Source: an uncultured Gemmatimonadales bacterium
Lineage (GTDB): Bacteria > Gemmatimonadota > Gemmatimonadetes > Gemmatimonadales > GWC2-71-9
DNA length: 64,000 nt
Reading direction: 5' to 3'
Assembly: GCA_963730185.1 (NCBI GenBank)
Contig: CAVSQW010000002.1
Location: 1-64,000, forward strand
This document shows, in pieces, positions 58,348 through 64,000 of the stretch. Position numbers and translations under genes: made by a program. Under the pieces are notes generated by a model. That model did not search any database, was not told the DNA's origin, and worked only from the letters and a program-made list of their open reading frames with translations. The stretch's first letter is position 1, and the number at the start of each line of letters is the position of its first letter.

Positions 58348-59214
58348 ATGTCGGTGACCTCTTTCGAGGCCAACCTGGAAGTCCTCATGGCCAGCGGGCA
58401 GCAGCTGCCCTCGCTGCCCACCATGCTCATCCAGGTCCAGCGGGCCATGGCCAACGAAAACGGTGGCCTGGCGGACCTGGGGCGCCTCATCGAGCAGGAT
58501 CCGGCCCTGACCACCCGCCTGCTTCGGATGGCCAACTCGGCCTTCTTCAATCGGGGGGATCAGGTTACCTCGATCACATCGGCGCTCAATCGCCTCGGCA
58601 TGGTCAATGTCCGGTCTCTGTGCATTGCCGTCGGGGTCATCAAAGCCTTCGGCGACGCTCAGCACGCCTTGGACCACCGCCGCTACTGGCAGCACTCTGC
58701 CGCGGTCGGGCTGGTCGCCGAACACCTGGCCCGGGTTGGCAAACGCTATGCCGCGGTCGACGGGTCCGAGGCCTATACGGCGGGCCTCCTCCACGACGTG
58801 GGCGTCCTGATCCTGGACCAGTTCTTCCCGGCGCTCTTCGCCTCCATCCGGGCCGACGTCGAGGCCCAGGGCATCGGCCGCTGGCACGTCGAGACCGCCG
58901 AGCTCGGGATGGACCATGGGCAGGTCGGGGCCCGGCTCCTCGGGCACTGGCGCCTCCCGGAGCCCGTGATCGCCGCCGTCCGGGAGCACCACCAGGGGCC
59001 CGAGGCCGTCGTCGGCGCCGGGCTCCTCGGTCACCTGGTCTGGGGGGCCGAGGCCCTCTGCTCGGCCGGAGGCCTCGAGCTCACCGAGGAGGGGGTCGCC
59101 GAGATCACCCCCGCCGAGGTATTCGACCGCCTGGGCATCGAGGCTGCCGACCAATCGGCCGTGCTCGAGCGGGTCGGCAGGATCGGCGATCAGGCGCTCT
59201 CGATCGCGGCCTGA
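58348..59214 (+). CDS. HDOD domain protein
   Basis: LPSLP, IEQDPALTTRLLRMANS, YWQHS, AGLLHDVG, WRLPE. Confidence 0.9.
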   Translation: MSVTSFEANLEVLMASGQQLPSLPTMLIQVQRAMANENGGLADLGRLIEQDPALTTRLLRMANSAFFNRGDQVTSITSALNRLGMVNVRSLCIAVGVIKAFGDAQHALDHRRYWQHSAAVGLVAEHLARVGKRYAAVDGSEAYTAGLLHDVGVLILDQFFPALFASIRADVEAQGIGRWHVETAELGMDHGQVGARLLGHWRLPEPVIAAVREHHQGPEAVVGAGLLGHLVWGAEALCSAGGLELTEEGVAEITPAEVFDRLGIEAADQSAVLERVGRIGDQALSIAA

Positions 59215-59361
59215 TCGGCGGTCGGCCTCCGGGCCGTCCCTTTTCGCCGTCCGACCGGTCATTTCGTCCGCCTCTGATCGGCACGCCTTGCCGGATCGGG
59301 CGGCCGTGGGCCGGACTTTCCGCTCCCTTTCCGTTCTGCCACGCGAGCCGGCACTCCGGCC

Positions 59362-59389
59362 TCAACTTCGCCGTCCCAACGGCCGATAA
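59362..59389 (+). promoter_or_regulatory. Sigma28-like promoter of cheA, TCAA-N16-GCCGATAA
   Basis: Consensus -10 element. Confidence 0.75.
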
Positions 59390-59490
59390 CACGGCTTGAC
59401 GGAAGTAGTGTCCTCTCCGGGAAGAGTGGGTCGGCCGACCGTCCCCCGCTCGGCATGTTCCCGCGCCGTTCGGACGGTCAAGGGAGTCGG

Positions 59491-61311
59491 GTGCCCGAAG
59501 TGGACGAGATCGTCAGAGAGTTTGTGGTCGAAAGCGCGGAGAGCCTCGAACAGGTCGATCGCGATCTCGTCGCGCTGGAACGACGCCCCGACGATGATGA
59601 GCTGCTCGGCCGGATCTTCCGCTGCATCCACACGATCAAGGGAACCTGCGGGTTTCTCGGCTTTTCGACCCTCGAGTCGATCACCCACGCCGGCGAGAGT
59701 CTCCTGGCCCGGCTTCGCGACGGCGACCTCCGGCTCACGGCCGAGGGGACCAGCGTCCTCCTCCGCCTCGTCGACGCCGTCCGCGGCGTCTTGGCCCGGA
59801 TCGAAGCGACCGGCGTGGAGGGCGACGCCGACCACGCGGATCTGATCGGAGCCCTGACCCGGCTGCAAGACGTCCCCGAATCCAACTCGGAGGCGCCGGC
59901 GGTGCGCGACATGGGCGAGCTCTTGATGGCCCGGGGAGCGGCCACCCGGGACCAGGTGGCCGAGGCCGCGGTCCGCCAGGGTCGAGGCGACCCCCGTCGG
60001 ATCGGCGAGATCCTGGTCGAGACGGCGCACGTCCCGCCGTCGGCGATCGTCGAGGCGCTCGCGGCGCAGGCGGCCGCCGCCCGCGCCAGCGGCTCCGTCA
60101 CCGACGGGACCGTCCGGGTCGAGGTGCGGATCCTCGACCGGCTCCTGGCCCTGATGGGCGAGCTCGTCGCCGTCCGGAGCGACGTGCTCGATCACCCCGC
60201 CACGGATTCGGATGCCCGGCTGAGCCGGGCGGCGCAACGCCTGGACTGGATCGCCGGCGAGCTGCGCGACGCGGTCGTCACCTCCCGGATGCAGCCGATC
60301 GGAACCCTGTGGGGCAGACTCCCTCGCCTGGTCCGCGACCTGGCCTTGGTCTGTCGGAAGCGGGTCCGGATCGATCTCGAGGGGGAGGCGATTGAGCTCG
60401 ACCGGACGGTCGTCGACGCGATCAAGGACCCCCTCACCCACCTGGTCCGGAACGCGGTCGATCACGGCATCGAGACGCCGGAGTCGCGGCTTGCCCAGGG
60501 CAAGCCGGCCGAAGGCCGCCTCCTCGTCCGGGCCCATCAGGCCGACGGCCAGGTCCACCTCGAGGTCTCGGACGACGGCGCGGGGATCGATCTGGAGAAG
60601 ATCAAGGCCAAGGCGGTGGCGAAGGGCATCCTCCCCCCCGCCCAGGCCGCCCGGTTGAGCGAGCGCGAGGCCCTGACGCTGGTCTTCGTCCCGGGGCTCT
60701 CCAGCGTCGAGGAAGTCAGCACCCTCTCCGGCCGCGGGGTCGGGATGGACGTGGTCCGGACCAACGTCGAGAGGATCGGTGGCACGATCGACATCGTGAC
60801 CGCCAAGGGACGGGGAACCACGCTCCGAATCACCATTCCCCTGACCGTCTCCCTGATCCCGGGTCTGCTCGTCTCCGCCCGCGCCGATCGCTTCGCGATC
60901 CCCCGGGCCAGCCTCCTCGAAGTGGTGCGGCTCGGCGGTGACGAGGTCGATCAGCAGATCGAGACGGTGGGGGGCAGGCCGGTCTACCGGCTCCGGGGCG
61001 AACCACTTCCCCTCGTCGGCCTGGCCGACCTCCTGGCCCTCGATTCCAGCGGGTGGACGCCGGCGGCGGGCTGCGCGGTTGAGATCGTCGTCCTGCGGGC
61101 CGCGGAGGGCACGTTCGGACTCGTCGTGGACGAGGTCAACGAGGCCAGGGAGATCGTGGTGAAACCGCTGGACCGGCAGCTCGAAGGCACCGTCCCATTC
61201 TCAGGGGCCACCGTGATGGGTGACGGGCGGATCGCGCTGATCCTCGACGTGAACGGGATCGCTCGCCTCGGCGGCGTCCGCCGGTCCAGGGTTCCCTCGA
61301 CCGCGGGGTGA
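59491..61311 (+). CDS. cheA: Chemotaxis histidine kinase CheA
   Basis: HPt IFRCIHTIKG, RMQPIG, HLVRNAVDHGIE, SGRGVGMDVV, one C-terminal CheW-like domain. Confidence 0.93.
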   Translation: MPEVDEIVREFVVESAESLEQVDRDLVALERRPDDDELLGRIFRCIHTIKGTCGFLGFSTLESITHAGESLLARLRDGDLRLTAEGTSVLLRLVDAVRGVLARIEATGVEGDADHADLIGALTRLQDVPESNSEAPAVRDMGELLMARGAATRDQVAEAAVRQGRGDPRRIGEILVETAHVPPSAIVEALAAQAAAARASGSVTDGTVRVEVRILDRLLALMGELVAVRSDVLDHPATDSDARLSRAAQRLDWIAGELRDAVVTSRMQPIGTLWGRLPRLVRDLALVCRKRVRIDLEGEAIELDRTVVDAIKDPLTHLVRNAVDHGIETPESRLAQGKPAEGRLLVRAHQADGQVHLEVSDDGAGIDLEKIKAKAVAKGILPPAQAARLSEREALTLVFVPGLSSVEEVSTLSGRGVGMDVVRTNVERIGGTIDIVTAKGRGTTLRITIPLTVSLIPGLLVSARADRFAIPRASLLEVVRLGGDEVDQQIETVGGRPVYRLRGEPLPLVGLADLLALDSSGWTPAAGCAVEIVVLRAAEGTFGLVVDEVNEAREIVVKPLDRQLEGTVPFSGATVMGDGRIALILDVNGIARLGGVRRSRVPSTAG

Positions 61312-61353
61312 GGCGGGTCGCCCCGGCCGGCGGGAGATCGCCTGGCTTCGGGA

Positions 61354-62316
61354 TCAGGCGGGCCGGGGCCGGCCGGCCAGCTTGGCGTTGTACATCGCCC
61401 GGTCGGCCGACGCCAGGAGCGCCGACAGGTCGGGCTCCGGATCAGCCGTGAAGCTCACCCCGCCGAGGCTGAGCCCGAGCCGGAGCCGGCCGGCCAGCGT
61501 CGCGTTGGCCCGCTCGAGATTGTCGTCGAGCCGGCTCAGCACCGCCCGCCCGCCGTCGCCCGTCTGATCCAACGCCAGCACCGCGAACTCGTCGCCCCCC
61601 AGCCGCGCCAGGACGTCGGATTGACGGAAGGTGGCTCGGAACACGGCCGCCGTTGCCCGAAGAGCCTGGTCACCCATGTGGTGGCCCAGCGAGTCGTTGA
61701 TCCCCTTTAGTCCGTCGAGATCCGCGAACAGCAGCAGGAATTGGCTCCCGGTCCGGTTCCCGAGCCGGACCTGGGTGCCCGCCAGCGTCTGAAACCCCCG
61801 CCGGTTCAGGAGTCCGGTCAGCTCGTCCGTCAGGGACTGGGAGCGGAGTGCCGTCATCTGGCCGTGACGCTCCATCGCGCAGCGGATCGTGCGGGCCAGG
61901 CCGTCCGCCGTCGCCTGGCTCCGGACGACGTAGTCCTGCGCCCCCTGGCGGAGGGCCTCGAGCGCCAGCTCCTCGGTGCGCGCCGAGCAGAGCACCACGA
62001 TCGGTCGCTCCGGGGCCGCCAGCGCGAGCCGGTGGACGAGGTCGGCGTCTTTGGCCGGGAGGTCGATGCTCGCCAGGATCACGTCGACCGGGGTCTCCTC
62101 CAGCCGGCGGAGCGCCTGGGTCGCCGACCCCGCCACCGCCACGCGCACCGAGAACCCCGGCGCCCGGGACAGCAGTTGATGCAATCGCATCGCCTCGACG
62201 GGACTATCTTCGACCACCAACGCCGTGATCGTGGCGCCTCGGTCGTGACGCTTCGCGGACGGCACGGTTCGTCGGTCGGTAGCCGGGCCGACGGGAAGGG
62301 CGGTAAGCGGGGTCAT
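61354..62316 (-). CDS. REC-GGDEF diguanylate cyclase
   Basis: DELTGLLNRR, INDSLGH..GD, RQSD I-site, ARLGGDEF. Confidence 0.92.
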   Translation of the reverse strand: MTPLTALPVGPATDRRTVPSAKRHDRGATITALVVEDSPVEAMRLHQLLSRAPGFSVRVAVAGSATQALRRLEETPVDVILASIDLPAKDADLVHRLALAAPERPIVVLCSARTEELALEALRQGAQDYVVRSQATADGLARTIRCAMERHGQMTALRSQSLTDELTGLLNRRGFQTLAGTQVRLGNRTGSQFLLLFADLDGLKGINDSLGHHMGDQALRATAAVFRATFRQSDVLARLGGDEFAVLALDQTGDGGRAVLSRLDDNLERANATLAGRLRLGLSLGGVSFTADPEPDLSALLASADRAMYNAKLAGRPRPA

Positions 62317-62386
62317 GCGTCCTCGGTTTGGGTCGTGGGCCGGCGGCGTTTCTCGCCTCTCGCCGGTCGTTCGCCGGGACTGAAAA

Positions 62387-62401
62387 GCAGACGGTGTGCC
62401 A
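62387..62401 (-). promoter_or_regulatory. Sigma54 promoter of the GGDEF gene (TGGCACACCGTCTGC)
   Basis: TGGCAC and GG-N10-GC; IHF consensus just upstream. Confidence 0.7.
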
Positions 62402-62418
62402 GTTGGTTCGATTTTACG

Positions 62419-62431
62419 TAACCTATTGATT
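62419..62431. promoter_or_regulatory. IHF-binding consensus TAACCTATTGATT
   Basis: Exact match to YAANNNNTTGATW. Confidence 0.65.
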
Positions 62432-62514
62432 CACAACATGCTGCCTTGCGCGATCGCGGTCCGGAGCCGGGCCGGTCTCGCTGCCGGGCCAGCAGGAACT
62501 TCCGGGAGGTGGCC

Positions 62515-62898
62515 GTGCGGGAGCGGGTTTCGACCGGAACGCCTTGGGAGCCGGTGGTCGGGTACAGCCGGGCCGTCCGGGTCGGGAACCTGGTGCACGT
62601 GTCCGGCACCACGGCGACCGACGAGCGGGGGCAGTTGGTCGGCCGGGGCGACGCCTATGCCCAGACCGTCCGGATCATCGAGAACCTGAAGCAGGCCCTC
62701 GCCCGGGTCGGGGCCGGCCTCGACCATGTGGTCCGGACCCGGATGTACGTCACCGACATCGGCCGCTGGGAGGAGGTCGGTCGGGCCCACGGCGAGGCCT
62801 TCCGGGACATCCGGCCGGCGACCTCCATGGTTGAGGTCAGTCGCCTGATCGACCCCGACATGCTGGTCGAGATCGAGGCCGAGGCCGTCGTCGACTGA
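62515..62898 (+). CDS. RidA/YjgF family protein
   Basis: [44 protein letters not shown]. Confidence 0.92.
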   Translation: MRERVSTGTPWEPVVGYSRAVRVGNLVHVSGTTATDERGQLVGRGDAYAQTVRIIENLKQALARVGAGLDHVVRTRMYVTDIGRWEEVGRAHGEAFRDIRPATSMVEVSRLIDPDMLVEIEAEAVVD

Positions 62899-62938
62899 GC
62901 GCGTGGGATCCCGGGCCCGACCGGCCTATAATTCCTCC

Positions 62939-63844
62939 ATGCCCGAACCAGGTCTGCCCGCCACGCTCGTGACCACGCTCACGGGCGCCATCGACTACGC
63001 CGGTCTCTTCCCGCCCGCCGCGCTCGCCCTGCCCGACGCGGTGGCCAACTACGCCGATTATCGCGCCTCCGACGACGCCTGGGCCCTTGGCCGCCTGATC
63101 GTGCCGGCGGCGCGCCTGCTCGCGCTCGAGGCCGCCCTGGCTCGACTCGACCCGGCCCGGCTCGGCGGCATCCCCTGGGACCTGAGCGTTACCCTCGGTC
63201 CCGACTGGGAAGCCGACGGGCGGTCGCTGGACGGGTTCCACGCCAGCGGCGGCACCACCCGCGCCGTGCCCGATGCGATCGAGGCCCGGGTTCGCGACGC
63301 TGCGGCCGTGGGCCGACTCGCCGGCCTCGTCGGCAGCGACAAAGCCGTTTTCGGCGAGGTGGCCCCCGGCCCGGCGAGCGCGGAGGTGCTCGCGGCTCTG
63401 GCCGAGGCGGGCCTCGCGGCCAAGATTCGGATGGGTGGGGTCACGCCCGACGCCTTTCCCGCACCAGAGTTCGTGGCCGACTTCCTGATCGGTGTCGCCC
63501 GGCTCGCGCTGCCGTTCAAGGCCACCGCCGGGCTCCATCATCCGATCCGTGGCCCTTACCCACTGACCTACGCTCCCGATGCCGCGCGAGGCACCATGTA
63601 CGGATACCTCAACGTCGTGCTGGCCGCCGCGCTGGCCCGCGAGGGCGCCCCGGCCCCGACGGTGCGCAGCGCGCTCCTCGAGACCGACCGGGGCGCCCTC
63701 CGATTCGACGACGACGGACTGACCTGGCGCGAGTCACGGGTGAGTCGGCGGGTGCTCGATCAGCTCCGGGCCGGCGGATTGCGGGGGTGGGGCTCCTGTT
63801 CGTTCCGCGAGCCGATGGACGAGCTCCGCCCGGTGCTCCGCTGA
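62939..63844 (+). CDS. Conserved hypothetical protein (IDYAGLFPPA family) upstream of fahA
   Basis: IDYAGLFPPA, KIRMGG, FKATAGLHHP, GSCSFREP. Confidence 0.8.
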   Translation: MPEPGLPATLVTTLTGAIDYAGLFPPAALALPDAVANYADYRASDDAWALGRLIVPAARLLALEAALARLDPARLGGIPWDLSVTLGPDWEADGRSLDGFHASGGTTRAVPDAIEARVRDAAAVGRLAGLVGSDKAVFGEVAPGPASAEVLAALAEAGLAAKIRMGGVTPDAFPAPEFVADFLIGVARLALPFKATAGLHHPIRGPYPLTYAPDAARGTMYGYLNVVLAAALAREGAPAPTVRSALLETDRGALRFDDDGLTWRESRVSRRVLDQLRAGGLRGWGSCSFREPMDELRPVLR

Positions 63845-64000
63845 TGTCCTTCCAGCCTGGCCCGACCCACGATCCCTCCGCTCGCTCCTGGGTCGAGTCC
63901 GCCCAGCGGCCCGGGACCGACTTTCCGATTCAGAACCTTCCCTTCGGCGTGTTTCGCCGGCGGGGCGGCCCCGAGACCCCGCGAATCGGCGTGGCGATCG
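63844..64000 (+). CDS. fahA: Fumarylacetoacetase (3' partial)
   Basis: THDPSARSWVESA..TDFPIQNLPFGVF..RIGVAI; not in the ORF track because it runs off the edge. Confidence 0.85.
   Translation, partial: MSFQPGPTHDPSARSWVESAQRPGTDFPIQNLPFGVFRRRGGPETPRIGVAI

Noticed and set aside
59279..59293. CGGCACGCCTTGC as a sigma54 promoter
   Set aside because: GG-GC spacing is 8 rather than 10 nt; it fits the enhancer palindrome better.
4509..60558. Many long antisense ORFs (e.g. 19612-21978, 28465-30675, 41125-43170)
   Set aside because: Expected mirror frames of high-GC genes; no motifs.
1..64000. tRNA, rRNA, integrase, transposase or known defence genes
   Set aside because: None recognised by eye; a tRNAscan/Rfam/DefenseFinder run would be needed to exclude them formally.

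Overview
The window has three parts. (1) 1-~5172 is a lower-GC, phage-like segment. It carries a RusA-like resolvase, a TrmH/SpoU methyltransferase, an LmbU-like gene, an inverted XRE mini-cassette with its own promoter and operator, and a glycan-modification cassette (two LicD genes, a methyltransferase, a GT2, a sulfotransferase). It is rich in single-base frameshifts and ends at an abrupt junction that cuts two genes, so it may be a chimeric join rather than a true prophage boundary. (2) ~5174-21837 is a flagellin-glycosylation island: three FlmG-type TPR/GT-B paralogs, a full pseudaminic acid pathway (pseB, C, G, H, I, F) and an extra tailoring block with a second cytidylyltransferase. (3) 21979-61311 is a near-complete flagellar cluster of a very GC-rich diderm (Gemmatimonadota-like by my recollection of gene style; unverified). 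It is followed by a REC-GGDEF gene, a RidA-family gene, a conserved hypothetical and the start of fahA. The most notable biology is a hybrid flagellar system. An alphaproteobacterial-type filament module (short flagellin, unknown YPPYPP protein, FlbT, FlaF, FlmG glycosylation) sits inside a non-alpha sigma54 -> FliA (sigma28) hierarchy with FlhF/FlhG; no FliD, FliS or FlgM was recognised in the window. Four sigma28-like promoters, four sigma54-like promoters and ftr-like enhancer palindromes can be read directly from the DNA. All family assignments come from visual motif recognition, not database searches.
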